From assembly GCA_951406725.2 (NCBI GenBank), contig OX597837.1, positions 23,126,001 to 23,190,000 on the forward strand: a DNA stretch of 64,000 nucleotides, given 5' to 3'. Origin of the DNA: Octopus vulgaris (taxonomy: Eukaryota). The translations under genes and the position numbers were made by a program. Below are positions 1 to 13,415 of this stretch, in pieces. The notes beneath the pieces are model-generated. The model saw only the letters and a program-made list of their open reading frames with translations. It made no database searches and was not told the DNA's origin. How positions within the stretch are numbered: the stretch's first letter is position 1; every line of letters begins with the position of its first letter.

Positions 1-327
1 CAGTATTGAATCAGTCAAGCAGCTACATGAAAGCCATGTTGCCAGTTATTGTGGTTCCTGTTTTAAAGATGGCTATAAATTTTTAAGAAACATTTGGCTT
101 CAAATTGAACAATTATGTAAAAGTCACCTCTCTGGCATATTATTAGGGAGTTTTAATTGTTACTTTTATTTCCTTGTTATCCTGCTTTTGTACACAAACT
201 TTTTCAAATGGACAAAACCCTTTGTAACTTTCGTCCTGTGTTTTGTCCCTTTATGTTTTAATTGATTTTTGTTAGCCCTTGTGGCCAATAAACGAATGAA
301 TTATTATTATTATTATTATTATAATTA

Positions 328-1135
328 AGGTGATGAGCTGGCAGAATCGTTAGCATGCTGGATGAAATGCTTAATGGTATTTCACCTGTCGCTACATTCT
401 GAGTCCAAATTCCACCAAGGTCAACTTTGCCTTTCATTTTTTCAGGGTTGGTAGAATAAGTACCAGCCAAGAATTAGGGTTCGTGTAATCAACTTGCACC
501 CTCCCCCAAAACTGTTGGCCGTGTGCCAAAATTTGAAACTATTATTATTAAAGGTAATGAACTGGCAGAATTATTAGCATGCCAGACAAAATGTTTACCA
601 GTATTTCATCCATCTTTATGTTCTAAGTTCAAATTCCACCAAGGTCGATAAAATAAGTACCAGTTGAGCACTAGGGCTGAGGTAATTGACTAATTCTCTC
701 CCCCTAAATATCAGGACTTGTGCCCGCCAATAGGAGGAAAGATTATACATCATCACTATTATTACCATAGTTTAATATGTATAAGGGATCCCCTAAATTT
801 TGGGGCGTAAAATTTTGAAAAAAAGTTTTGTAAGGGATTATAATACAATCCATGTATAAGAAAATCCCATATTTTTTAAACTTAATTTTTGAAAAAAAAA
901 AGGGGGTTCCTTATACATGTTAAAATACAGTAAATGGTGAGCTGCCAGTATCACTTGAGCATCAGTGCCTAGTGGTATCCTTCTGCTTCATCATATTCTG
1001 AGTTCGTATTTCACTGTGGCTGACTTTGCCTTTCATCCTTTTAGGGTCAATAAAATAAGAACCATTTGAGTACTGGTATTGACATAATTGACTTGTCCCG
1101 CTTCTAAAACTGCTGGTTTAGGACCAAAGTTTAAA
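328..1135 (+). mobile_element. Three diverged tandem copies of SINE family B (ggtgagctggcagaa...gcctttcatcctttcggggtcgataaa.taagtacc)
   Basis: Same head and central motif at ~328, ~552 and ~935, with tRNA B-box-like gagttcaaattcc. Confidence 0.75.
765..930. mobile_element. Tc1/mariner (pogo/Tc2-like) MITE
   Basis: Imperfect TIRs ccatagtttaatatgtataagg / ccttatacatgttaaaatacag, flanked by TA on both sides. Confidence 0.6.
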
Positions 1136-1687
1136 ACCATTATTATCATTATCCTCCTCTTTCAATTTTGTTTTCATCTCTTGCTGAGTGTCTTCCTGAC
1201 ACCCAGGGCAAAGAAATTCACTGTATACACTGATAGGCAATTAAAATAAACACACCAGATTGTTTATTTACAAAGTCATGTGGTAGAGAAAAAGGGGGAG
1301 AAAGAAAGAAAAAGGAAAGAAGAGAAAATAAAAAAATAAGAAATAAATGAAAAAAAGTAAACAAAGAAAATAAAAGGGCCCCTCAGACCCACTCTACAAT
1401 TTCATTCTAAAACTAAATCATATCAAGATCTTGAAGTTTCCAGATAATTCATGATTAATTAAAAACAATGCAAATAAATAAGCATTACATTTGACAGAGT
1501 GAGATAAATATTGAAGGGTTTAAAGAGACAAACAGTAAATTATTAAGATATTGGCAAATTTTTTTTCAAGAAAACTCAGGTTTATGAGATTCTCTTTTTG
1601 TCAAAGAAAATATCCAGAAATCAAAGAAAGATTTTTAAAGATCATATATTGATTGCTAAGAGCATAGATATGGTTGTAAATATATAT

Positions 1688-1941
1688 CATCATCATCATC
1701 ATCATCATCGTTTAACGTCCGTTCTCCATGCTAGCATGGGTTGGACGGTTCAACCGGGGATCTGGGAAGCCAGAAGGCTGCACCAGGCTCCGGTCTTATC
1801 TGGCAATGTTTCTACAGCTGGATGCCCTTCCTAACGGCAACTACTCCGTGAGTGTAGTGGGTGCTTTTTACGTGCCACCTGCACTGGTGCCAGGCGAGGC
1901 TGGCATCGGCCATGGTCGGATTGGTGCATTTTACATGCCAC
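1688..1941 (-). mobile_element. Retro-repeat family C ((GAT)n tail; gttggcgttaggaagggcatccagctgtagaaac core)
   Basis: Homologous to copies at 5560-5895, 11168-11407, 12860-13066, 22782-23562, 29546-29752 and 36208-36503. Confidence 0.8.
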
Positions 1942-1980
1942 ATATATATATATATATATAAAGCAGAATGAAAACATAAA

Positions 1981-2298
1981 AAACAAGAGCACTCAGAGAA
2001 TGCAAGCCTGTGCCAAGGCAACACCAACATCCTCTCAATGATTAGCCAGAGATGATTTTTAAAATGAGAATATCTCAAATAAACTCGACTGATATCACAA
2101 ACAAGAATACTAAAAATGAACCTGACTGCTCTCGAAAATTAAATAAAAAACAGGTAAAATAATCCAGAATCCTTGTCGGTTCGTGCCAGTCATGAGGCCA
2201 AGCATCTCTGAAAGTTTTATCTGAATCCATTCAGTGGTTCTTGAGATATCTTGTCCACAGACAAACAAACAAACACAACTGAAAGGGCAGAGATTATA
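1981..2298. mobile_element. Possible Helentron/HINE-like non-autonomous element
   Basis: aacaagagcactcagaga...gccaaggc start, internal (acaa)n tract and short terminal segment. Assigned from overall architecture only. Confidence 0.35.
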
Positions 2299-2389
2299 AA
2301 ACTTGTCTGTTTAATTCCTTTGGGGACCTTCTAAAATACAACTAAGCATTACATGTATGTTCCTAGTCTTTTATAGGTCTTTCATCTTG

Positions 2390-2722
2390 TAGCTGTTTCA
2401 GTCATTTGACTGTGGCCATGCTGGGGCCATGTCTTGAAAAGTTTTAGTTGAATAAATCAACTTCAGGACTAACATTTTTTTAAGGACTCATTCTCTTTTG
2501 CAGAGCGGCTAAGTTACAGGGACATAAACATACCAACACTGGTTAAGTGGTGGTGGGATCAAACACAGACACACACATAATGGGCTGTTTTCATTTTCCA
2601 TTTACCAAATTCACTCACAAAGGCTTTGGTTGGCCCAAGACTATAGTAGAAGACACTTGCCTAAAGTGTCATACAATGGGACTGAACCCGGAACTATGTG
2701 GTTTGGAAGCAAGCTTCTTACC
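2390..2722 (-). mobile_element. SINE family A, diverged copy
   Basis: Reverse complement homologous to 2843-3243. Confidence 0.75.
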
Positions 2723-2842
2723 ACACATTCACATGTTTTCTTGTTAAAACATTTCTTTTTACAGTTGGGTGTCCTCCATACAACCAAAAACTCAGCAATA
2801 AACACGGGGTAGAACATGATTAAAAAAAAAAAACAGAAAATA

Positions 2843-3243
2843 GGCGCAGGAGTGGCTGTGTGGTAAGTAGCTTGCTAACCAACCACATGGTTCCGGGTTC
2901 AGTCCCACTGCGTGGTATCTTGGGCAAGTGTCTTCTGCTATAGCCTCGGGCCGACCAAAGCCTTGTGAGTGGATTTGGTAGACGGAAACTGAAAGAAGCC
3001 TGTCGTATATATGTATATATATATATATGTATGTGTGTTTGTTTGTGTGTCTGTGTTTGTCCCCTAGCATTGCTTGACAACCGATGCTGGTGTGTTTACG
3101 TCCCCGTCACTTAGCGGTTCGGCAAAAGAGACCGATAGAATAAGTACTGGGCTTACAAAGAATAAGTCCCGGGGTCGATTTGCTCGACTAAAGGCGGTGC
3201 TCCAGCATGGCCGCAGTCAAATGACTGAAATGAGTAAAAGAGA
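2843..3243 (+). mobile_element. tRNA-derived SINE family A, full-length
   Basis: tRNA-like head (tggctgtgtggtaag / gggttcagtccc), CORE-like ccttgggcaagt motif, internal (TA)n(TG)n tract and gtaaaaga-type tail. More than 10 copies in the window. Confidence 0.88.
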
Positions 3244-4195
3244 AAGAGAAAAAGCAACTGAAAGATGAATTGGTAGCAGCTTTTGATTTTTTTCCTTCCT
3301 ACTCCACAAAAGATGGAGGCCAAACACATTTACAAAGATTTGGATACTTTTGTGGCAACAGTAATCATGTAAAAACATAAAATCAGCCTTCGTAGAGCAG
3401 AAGTTATTTAGTGTGAAACAGAGACTGACTTGTAGCTGCGACAGAAAGGAAAGCAACATAATGCAACTCAAGCAAAACAAAGAGATTAGGATACCAATCG
3501 TGTTTTCTCCTTGTCAATGCTCATCGCATTTTGTTGCACAAAAATCATTACTTACGTTAATAAAGAACCAGGTTTTACTATTAAATACAGTAGATATAAT
3601 TGGACATGTTAATCTGGATAAGGATGCTTCTTTGATGAAACACAGTTACATAGCTCCATGTCATTTCTGATATAGCAAACCTTTGATCAAAGATATTCTA
3701 ATTGTAATTTGTTTTTTAATCTTTTACTTGTTTCAGTCATTAGACTGCAGCCCTGCAGGGGAACCACCTTGAAGAATTTAATATTTTATTTTATTTTATT
3801 TTATTTTATTTTATCTAGTCTCAGCTCACGAGCTGTGGCCATGCTGGGGTGAAACTAAAATTAGTTTAGTAAAGCTAATTGATCCCAGTATTTTTTAAAG
3901 CCTGGTACTTATATCATTGGTCTCTTTTGCCAAAATGATAGAGAGAAAAGTTACAGACAGTCTTTTTTCCAAGATTCTTCATGAATGCATCACAAAGTTT
4001 ATCACTTTTCCACTTCTTAAAAAGAATAGACTGTTTCCTGGGCAGAATGTTAAACAAGCTACATTGCTGAATCTTCTCAAACAGGGCGAACATGATAAAA
4101 AATGTGCTAGGCATAACCATGTCATATTTTATTCACCAAAACCTTGTGAGTAGGTTTAGTTGACAGAAAGTGAAAGACGCCTATCATATTACATA

Positions 4196-4248
<53 letters not shown>

Positions 4249-4574
4249 CTTTGTCTATACATCATGCGATAGTTGTAAATGAACATCATCATACAAGCAG
4301 TATCATTTATTTTCCATCTTCTGTGGAAAATGTCCAGCCATGGGGAAACATTAATATTTAATTACTTTACTTGAAAACTGCCACCATACCTCACCTTAGA
4401 AAAATCTGCTTCATTGCTCCTGACCCATGCAAGCATAGAAAAGTAGATGTTAAAAGGATGTTGATGATTGTGAGTAGTATCCATCTACATTATGAAATAT
4501 GTCTTCCTTATTTTTTACTATTTACAGTAAGTCCTGTCCATCTTTTTTTTTCAAGATGGTAAGCTATGATTTAA

Positions 4575-4794
4575 TCCTTTAGCATTTAAACTGGCCATAT
4601 CTGGCCCAAATATGCTACCTGTTTTATGTTCAAACCAGCCAGATCCAGCCTTTCACACCTACCATTCAATGTCATTCTAAAAATATATAATTACATCATC
4701 AGAATCTTGAAGCGACAAGATAATGCATGATTAATTAAAAACAATGTGAATGAAAAAGTATTACATATGAATTCACGATCTGAACGCTAAAGGG
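4575..4794. mobile_element. piggyBac-type MITE
   Basis: TTAA|(t/c)cctttagc ... gctaaaggg|TTAA. Homologous to 11750-11960 and 16416-16770. Confidence 0.8.
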
Positions 4795-5559
4795 TTAAAT
4801 GAATATTTTGATGATATTTCTAGCAAATTTTACTTGTAGATACTGATATTACATATTGAAAAAAGTTAAGTATCAACTATTTGATAAAATAAATTTACGA
4901 GATTGAACATGAAGATCACAAAAGACAAACAAACCAATGGTTGCTAGTTAGACACTCAAAATGAACAATCTCACAGAATACTAAACAAGTAGATTAATTA
5001 TGAAGATAAAATAGAAATTCACAGAAAATAATTTTGTTAAAAAAGGTGCGTAGATTGAAAAGCAATACAATTAAAAACAATATTATTTGGTTCAATTAAT
5101 TGTTTTATCTAATGTTTGGTCATTAAATTATATTAGAAAATAAAAATACTTTCTGTAAAAAGAAGCAATCAAGAAGCCATTTTGAGATGAAAGTCAAGTT
5201 TTAAAAAAATAGTGGTACTATAACAGAGATAATAATCTTTAATATAAGAGAGCAGGAAGATAAAAGAGAAACCTATCCTTCCTAATCATCTATGATAATA
5301 TAAAGATTGTAGATTACTTTTAGAAATCTACTAAATCGTAATTGACTGTTTTTGAATTCTAGAATTGTGATGAAGAGCAACCACTATATATATATATCAA
5401 GTGATATCTACTAAATGGAAATGAATATTTCCATTAGACAAATTTTGCTTTTATACAGGTATGATACAAAATAAAAAGTTCATTGAGAGCCTTTCAGAGG
5501 AGATGACAAAAGACGGATATAACTCATGCCTTGCAGTACTCAAGAAAACTTGTCCCCCA

Positions 5560-5895
5560 CAGCAGAAGTGTTAATGCCACTCCCCGCTGATGAAGAGGAT
5601 TGACCTGCAAGAATTCTGTGCCAGTTCCATGTAAAAAGCACTCAAGCCAGCACTATGTAATAGTGCTCATACCAGTACCACGTAAAAGTGTTTGTGCTGG
5701 TGCCATGCTAAAAGCACCCAGCACACACTGTAAGGTGGTTGGTGTTAGGAAGGGCATCCAACCATAGAAAGCAAAGCAAATCAGACTAGATCTTGGTGCA
5801 GCTCACCAGCTTACCAGCTCTGGTCAAACCATCCAGTCCATACCAAGAAGGAAAACAGATGTTAAAGTATGATGATGATGATGATGGTGATGATG
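5560..5895 (+). mobile_element. Family C, diverged copy
   Basis: gttggtgttaggaagggcatcca core and (gat)n tail. Confidence 0.7.
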
Positions 5896-5964
5896 GTTAC
5901 AAAAGTAAAATAATGTATAAATTATCAACCTCCCTCATCAGTTATTTTATTTAAGTTAACAACC

Positions 5965-6165
5965 TGGCAGAACTGTCAGAATGCTGGACATAATGCTTAC
6001 CAACATTTCATCTATCTTTATGTTCCGAGCTGAAAATTCTGCAGAGGTTGACTTTGCTTTTCAGGGTTGATAAAATAAGTACTAGTCATGCATTGGGGGT
6101 GCTAATGTAATCAACTTCCCCACCTCCCTTCAAAACCCACAGGTCCTGTGCCTAAAGTTGAAACC
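5965..6165 (+). mobile_element. SINE family B, diverged
   Basis: ctggcagaa...gactttgcttttca...gataaaataagtac motif. Confidence 0.65.
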
Positions 6166-6689
6166 ATTAATTACTTGATTTATAAAACATGTAAGAAAAA
6201 ATACATATAAAAAATGTAATAGAAATCTTTTCAAATAAAGTTTAAAATCTTTCAATGTCAGCCGACCAAAGACTTTGTGCATTAAAATATTTATAAATGT
6301 ATGAAGCTCTTGGCCTTTGAGTCACTCTGTAACTTCCACTGATTATAAAAAAAGACTGTATATCAGCTCATGTTTTGAGTTATATTTTCTTGTTTAGATC
6401 ACCAAACCTATATTTAATTCTCATGCAACAACAACAATAACATTACTTCATTGAAACTATGGGCATGCAGCAGACCTTACTTCCATACAGCTCAGTTCTA
6501 CATCAAATTATAAGTCAACTGTCCAATGTAACTACCCAGTCTTCTCCCTGAAATCAGCCTCTGTTTCTGGTAACTACCTGCTCTCCAGATCCATTCTTGG
6601 TCTACTTCTGCTTCCAAACAAGATAATTTTACAATGCTTTCACGTATCCTATTAGAATCAAAGTGATCCCAAATTGGCTCAATATATAC

Positions 6690-6906
6690 TCTTTACTCTT
6701 TTACTTGTTTCAGTTATTTGACTGCGGCCATGCTGGAGCACCGCCTTTAATCGAGTAACTCAACCCCGGGACTTATTCATTGTAAGCCCAGTACTTATTC
6801 TATCAGTCTCTTTTGCCGAACCGCTAAGTGACAGGGACATAAACACACCAGCATCGGTTGTCAAGCAATGCTAGGGGACAAACACAGACAAACATAAACA
6901 TACATG

Positions 6907-6946
<40 letters not shown>

Positions 6947-7421
6947 TACGACGGGCTTCTTTCAGTTTCCATCTACCAAATCCACTGAACCCGGAACCAT
7001 GTGGTTGGTAAGCAAGCTACTTACCACACAGCCACTCCTGCGCCTATATATATATATTACTCTTTTACTCTTTTACTTGTTTCAGTCATTTGACTGCGGC
7101 CATGCTGGGGCACCGCCTTTAGTCGAGCAAATCGACCCTGGGACTTATTCTTTGTAAGCCCAGTACTTATTCTATCGGTCTCTTTTGCCGAACCGCTAAG
7201 TGACGGGGACGTAAACACACCACCATATACAGACAAACACAGACACACACATATATATACATATATACGACAGGCTTCTTTCAGTTTCCGTCTACCAAAT
7301 CCACTCACAAGGCATTGGTCGGCCCGGGGCTATAGCAGAAGACACTTGCCCAAGATGCCACGCAGTGGGACTGAACCCGGAACCATGTGGTTGGTTAGCA
7401 AGCTACTTGCCACACAGCCAC
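6690..7421 (-). mobile_element. Tandem pair of SINE family A copies (6690-7045, 7058-7421)
   Basis: Two near-identical reverse copies, each with a different internal deletion. Confidence 0.88.
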
Positions 7422-9479
7422 AAAAAAGAAAGAAGCTGCTTCTAATTTGTTTCAGATTTAAAGCTTGTAGTAAAACAGTAGATAACAGGATCATCTGATT
7501 GTCATCAAAATATCTTGTGGTGTCTTTTTACTTTCCTCTTCAGATTCTAAGCTTAGATATTGCTGGGGTCAGTTTTTCCTTGATCCCTTTATAGTTGATA
7601 AACTAAGTAATAATCATGTACTGGAGTGGGGATTAAATCTACTACTCTACTAGAAATGAAGCATAACACCAATATGAGAAACTAATATAACTCCTCATAT
7701 TTCTTTTTCCTGTTTTGTTTTCCCCTCAGCCTTCTTCAAAACTTCATAAACATATACAATTAGGGAGCATAGAGTTACTTCCAGGTCCATTCTGATCTGG
7801 AATGGTAGTACCTGTCAGAGACCCATCTATGAATTAAATAGATTCCTGTAAGGGTAAAGTGAGCTCTTTAGCTGCAGTGAAAGCAACAAATCTAAAAAGA
7901 AAACTATAAAATTAATACTCTCTTCCAACATGCCCTAAGCGTGCATGGAAGAGTATGGCTGATGAAACTAACATGAGGCAACTATCTCATGTTGTCTTGC
8001 ATTCTGCCACATGGGGAGATAGCAAGAATTGATGTGTGATAAAGAACTGTTTCTAACATAAGCACACTGCAAGAAATACAGGTGGAAAGAAACAGTTGAT
8101 TACATTGATCCCAAAACTTCACAAGTGTCAAGGCACATGGCTTAGTGACTAAGGTGTTGGACTCATAATTGCAAGGTTTTGGTTTCAATTCCTGGCCCAT
8201 GCAATGTGTTGTGTTCTTGAACAAAAAAACTTCATTCCACATTTCTCCAGTCCAGTCAGCTGGCAAAAATGAGTAATCCTCCAAAAGAACAGCATCTCAT
8301 CCATAGGGAAATAGGGAAACTGGAAAACCAACCCTATGAGTTTATATAGCTCAGGAAGGATCTCTCTCTCTCTCTCTAGTACTTTATTTCACCTTGGTTG
8401 GAAGACTGAAAAGCAAAGTTAACCTTGGTGAGATTTGATCTCAGAATGTAAAGAGAATGGAACTAATACTGTAAAGCATTTGTTAGGTGTTTTTACGATT
8501 CTTCAAATCAATCAATACATAATATATAGCAATGAAATATAGCTATAAATAAATATGACATATCCATTTATTATGATTATATAAGTAAATTATATCTTAC
8601 TGGTGTATGTACAAAGTATACACACATACAGACACAGAGACACACACACACACGTGACATTTAAGTTTTAGATAGCAGTGTGAAGTGTTGAAAGAACAAA
8701 ATGACAAAGTTCACGTGTTCCATAGCATTTCAATATATTTACAAGTAGTTCCACTTCAAGAAACTTCAAGAATCATTAGACATATTGTTGCCAAAAGAAA
8801 GATTTGTAAAGTAAATATTTGGGTTGATCTTTAGCTCCAGCTTGGCCTTGATCTAGCCAACCTATGATCCAAGGCATTCAAGCTCAGACCATTGCTAGGT
8901 TGAGTTCACCGAGGATAGTATTGTTTAACGTGTCCTTTTCTAAGCTAGAAGGGTTTGATTTGAATGAGGTTTAGCTGCTATTTCAAGTACACCAAGTGGA
9001 CATGAAGAAACTCTTTCATTGTGGCAGTAATTAAAGTATCAAAACTTCAATTTCAAGAAGAATCAGATTCTTTATATCCTTCTCCTCTTCATCATCATTG
9101 GTTAATGTCTATTTTTCCATGGTGGCATGGGTTGGATGAATTTATAACAGCACAACATCTTGCTTCTTAACACAGTCCTTCATCACCTGATATACACACC
9201 AACAAAGAAGACCACCAATCTTTGATGGTGTTGTGTATGCCATGCTTATTCCTCCATTCCACCCCTAATAAACACACCTTAGACTATCAACCATTCAAGA
9301 TATTTACACTATTAACGAAGTAAAAACAGCAACAACTCAAAAACAAAAGCCAAACTTCTCTCTACACAGATAACCAAATTTTACAACTTCCTATAAAAAC
9401 AAAGCAGCAATTTTTGTAAAATTACTTTTTTTCTTCCAAAATATTAATCTTAGTTTGTCAGAAAAAGAATGGTTTGTAA

Positions 9480-10030
9480 TACAAGACCTTGCATGTGCAC
9501 TAAATACTAAGTAAACAGTACAAGATGCATTAACAATCAGCAAACTGTAAAGAGGCATTAACGCACAGTAAACAGTGCAAGAGGCATTAACACACAGTAA
9601 ACAGCATACAATACTCAGTAAACAATATAAGAGACATTAACATTCAGTAAACAGTACAAGAGACTTTCTTCTTCATTTTGGTAGTCTCTCAAGTCCGAGA
9701 AAGATGATTCTGTAATTTCTTGCCAGACAATCTGCACAGATAATTTGTTTATAGTTTGTATTGTACATTAGGTCATTGCCTCCATCAAATCAACATTGCT
9801 TGTACAGATGTATAGCGTACCATACATCAGATGTTGAAGTGACTGTGGAGCAATGTGAAATGAAGTGTTTCACTCAAGAACACAATGCACCATCCAGTCT
9901 GGAAATTGAAAACACAATTTTGCAATTGCGAATGCAACAACCGAACCACTAGGCCATCTGGCCTCACTACAAGAGACATTAACATTCAGTTAATAAAACA
10001 GATTAACAAGAAAGATTAGCACTAGACTAT
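9480..10030. repeat. Degenerate ~29-bp minisatellite (cagtaaacagtacaagaggcattaaca) interrupted by a SINE
   Basis: Units visible at 9480-9664 and resuming at 9968. Confidence 0.65.
9665..9967 (-). mobile_element. Old tRNA-derived SINE (related copies ~8130-8345 and ~10290-10585)
   Basis: Reverse head gaggccagatggcctagtggtt and CORE-like gtgttcttgag...cacttcatttcacattgctcca. Flanked by tacaagagac direct repeats. Confidence 0.7.
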
Positions 10031-11167
10031 ATGATGGCAGTAAACAGTCAGTGTCACTGTGAAATTGTAATATTTTCAGTAATTTCTTAGTCATGATTAG
10101 CAAGAGTGAAACTGGTTGACTATGTAAATATTTTATCTTATACAAAAATAGATACATTCTGTGCATTTTCCTTCTTACATTTTTCACTACAACTCACCAC
10201 GTGGGGGCAAAAAATCTTTCCAATGAATCTTTTCCCTATATATGTATGCACACACACACGTAACCTACAATATGGTGAACAGGATGATTGTAGTTTTTTT
10301 GTAGCCAAGAAAGGGTGATTCTGCAGTTTCTTGCTGAACAACTGACACACAGGATTTATTCATTATGACAATCAAATGTATCTGCTGTATCTCAGCTCAC
10401 TCTCTCAATCAAATCGACATTGCCTAAACAGGTGCATGGTGTACCACACATCTGCTATCACAATGATCACAGAGCAATATGAGATGAAGTGTTTTGCAGA
10501 AAAACACAATATACCATCCAGTCTAGGAACTGAAACCATGATTTCACAACCCTGAGTACATCCTAACCATTAGGCCATGTACTCTTGGTGAACAAGATAT
10601 TAACTATTCATCTTACATGAAACCTTCTGATTCCTACACAGGTTGTAAAGGAAAGAGTGACTAGTAGATAGTGCCCTGATCTTACCAAATGGTTTGCTAT
10701 TTCTTTTCTCAGACTTTATTTTCTACCTGCCCAATATGCCTACTTATACATCCAATACATAGAACTCTATTCTTTTCACAATAAATCAATATAAAACAAA
10801 AGCAAGATAGAGAATATGTAACTGGAGTTTACTAAACTGATGATAGAGTTGTGAAGATCTTTAAAAAGTAACATGTTAAGCTAAGTCTGTAAGCAAAGAA
10901 TTATTAACATTGTATTCACAATATACTATAAAGGTCATAATCTTTACAGAAAATCTTTGTAAGAACCTTAAGATTCCATAGGGGTAGTTCTTAGCCCCAG
11001 GTTTTAAATTATAAAGACAAGAGAGGAAAATCTATACAAGCAACTAGATGAGCTAAGGCCTATAGAATTTAGCAATGAAATTACTGCAGTTGAGTTTGGA
11101 CTTATGATCCATAGGATAATAGTGCAAAGTCTTGTTCATATAGAGAACATTATATTTAGCATTCAAT

Positions 11168-11407
11168 TACATCGGTGGCACATAACTGGCACCTGTGCCA
11201 GTGGTACATAAAAGGAACTGTGCTGATGGTACATAAAAAACACTTGTTACACTCTTGGAGTGGTTGGCGTAAGGAAGGGCATCCAGCCATAGAAACCAAG
11301 CCAAAACAGACTGGAACAGAGTACAGCACTCCAGCTTACTCCTTCCAGTCAAACTGTCTAACCCACACCAGCATGGAAAGCAGATGCTAAATGAAGATGA
11401 TGATGAT
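11168..11407 (+). mobile_element. Family C copy
   Basis: gtggcac subunits, aggaagggcatccagc core and (gat)n tail. Confidence 0.75.
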
Positions 11408-11749
11408 AATTATATATAAAAAAAAAAGAAAAGGGAGAAATTATTAGAAATTTCGAACATGACCAAGGGGCCATTCTTTAAATATAACAAATTACATTAT
11501 TTTTGGTGGAAAAATATTGGTAGAATAGTTATGCCAACTATCTGGATGGAAAATGTATTAGAAATGTGTGTGGGGAGATAGCAATGATTAAAAAAAATAT
11601 TATTTTATTTTTATCTTGGGTAATTGAGAGAACCTTCTACAAACATAAAATTGAGTGTCACTTTGAAAATTATCATTGCTGTTGTGATTAATGTTATCAT
11701 TATAACCATGTTCTGTTATTTCAAGGAATTAGTGTTTTGCCTGGTTTAA

Positions 11750-11960
11750 CCTTTTAGCATTCAGCTTATCAAATGTAATGTATATTTATTCACATTGTTT
11801 TAAATTAATCATGCATTATCGCATAGCTGCAAGATTTAGATGGATGTGATTGTTTATTTTTAGAATGACATTGTTGGATAGATGTGAGATGCCAGATGTG
11901 GTCAGTTTGAAGATAAAACAGAATATTTAGGCTAGATATCATTGGTTTAAGTGCAAAAGG
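11750..11960. mobile_element. piggyBac-type MITE (opposite orientation to 4575-4794)
   Basis: TTAA|ccttttagc ... gcaaaagg|TTAA. Confidence 0.75.
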
Positions 11961-12021
11961 TTAAATATACTTCCAACTGAAACATAGCTAATGGATGAGA
12001 AGCATTTTGTGACTTCAGTAT

Positions 12022-12229
12022 ACTCTTTCTCTTTTACTCTTTTACTTGTTTCAGTCATTTGACTGCGGCCATGCTGGAGCACCACCTTTAGTCAAGCAAA
12101 TCGGCCCCGGGACTTATTCTTTATAAGCCCAGTACTTATTCTATCGGTCTCTTTTGCCGAACCACTAGGTAATGGGGATGTAAACACACCAGCATCGGTT
12201 GTCAAGCAATGCTAGGGGGACAAACACAG

Positions 12230-12284
<55 letters not shown>

Positions 12285-12395
12285 CATATATATATACAAC
12301 AGGCTTCTTTCAGTTTCCGTCTACGAAATCCACTCACAAGGCATTGGTCAGCCCGGGGCTATAGCAGAAGACACTTGCCCAAGATGCCCCGCAGT
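12022..12395 (-). mobile_element. SINE family A, lacking the tRNA head
   Basis: Homologous to 2843-3243. Confidence 0.85.
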
Positions 12396-12644
12396 GTATA
12401 AGAAATATTCTTCTCATCTTTGTATCCGTTCTTACTTAGTAATAAAAACTTCCCAGATTATTTTTGTTGAACCTGGTGGGCATGTTTACAGCATTGCATC
12501 TACTTCCAGATGCTTGGATTTGTGCTCAGATGTTTTGTCACTGTTCCCAAGGCTCTTATAATAAAAATTAGCAGTATCATAACTTTGCTAACTATCCATT
12601 ACTTGAGGAAGTCATACTTCAAGTTGGAATAATATACTACTTAT

Positions 12645-13415
12645 GAAGGTGTGTGGCTTAGTAGTTAGGGTATTCAGCCCACAATCGTGAGGTTGTGAGT
12701 TCAACATCCAACAGCAGGTTGTGTCCTTGAGCAAGACACTATTTCACATTGCTCCAGTTCACTCTGCTGGCAAAAACGAGCAGTACCTGTATTTCAAAAG
12801 GTCAGCCATATCACATTCTGAGTTACACTGAATCACTCTGAAAACTATATTATGGGTATGTGCCAGCCTCGCCTGGCACCTGTGCAGGTGGCATGTAAAA
12901 AGCACCCACTACACTCATGGAGTGGTTGGCGTTAGGAAGGGTATCCAGCTGTAGAAACACTGCCAGATCAGACTTGAGCCTGGTGCAGCCTTCTGGCTTC
13001 CCAGATCCCCGGTCGAACCGTCCAACCCATGCTAGCATGGAGAACGGACGTTAAACAATGATGATGTGTGTCTACAGAGTGCTCAGCCGTTTTCACATTA
13101 ATTTCTCAAGCAGGCTGTTCCATTGATCAATTGGAACCCTCATTGTCATAACAGATGGAGTGTTATGTTCTTCAGCAAGACACTTTATTTCACATTGCTC
13201 CAGTCCACTTTTTTTTGCTGGCAAAAATGAGTAGTACCTATATTTCAAAGGGCCAGGCTCATCACATTCTATGTCACACTGAATCTCCCTGAGAAATGTG
13301 TTGGGGGTATGTGGGTCTATGGAGTGCTGAGCTGCGAGTATGTTAATTTCACAAGCAGGCTGTTCTGCAGATCAAATCAACTGGAACACTCGTTGTCATA
13401 CCTGATCGAGTACCA
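12645..13415 (+). mobile_element. SINE (family D head) interrupted by a family C copy (12860-13066) and followed by a second partial copy
   Basis: SINE sequence stops at ...gggtatgtg and resumes at tgtgtctacagagtgctcagcc after the (gat)n tail of the insert. Confidence 0.75.

Noticed and set aside
3250-3670. Short ORFs, possibly a decayed transposase fragment
   Set aside because: No recognisable motif could be confirmed by eye.
7968-7990. CTGATGA motif as a hammerhead (also ~5587)
   Set aside because: No properly spaced helix II, GAAA or pairing arms.
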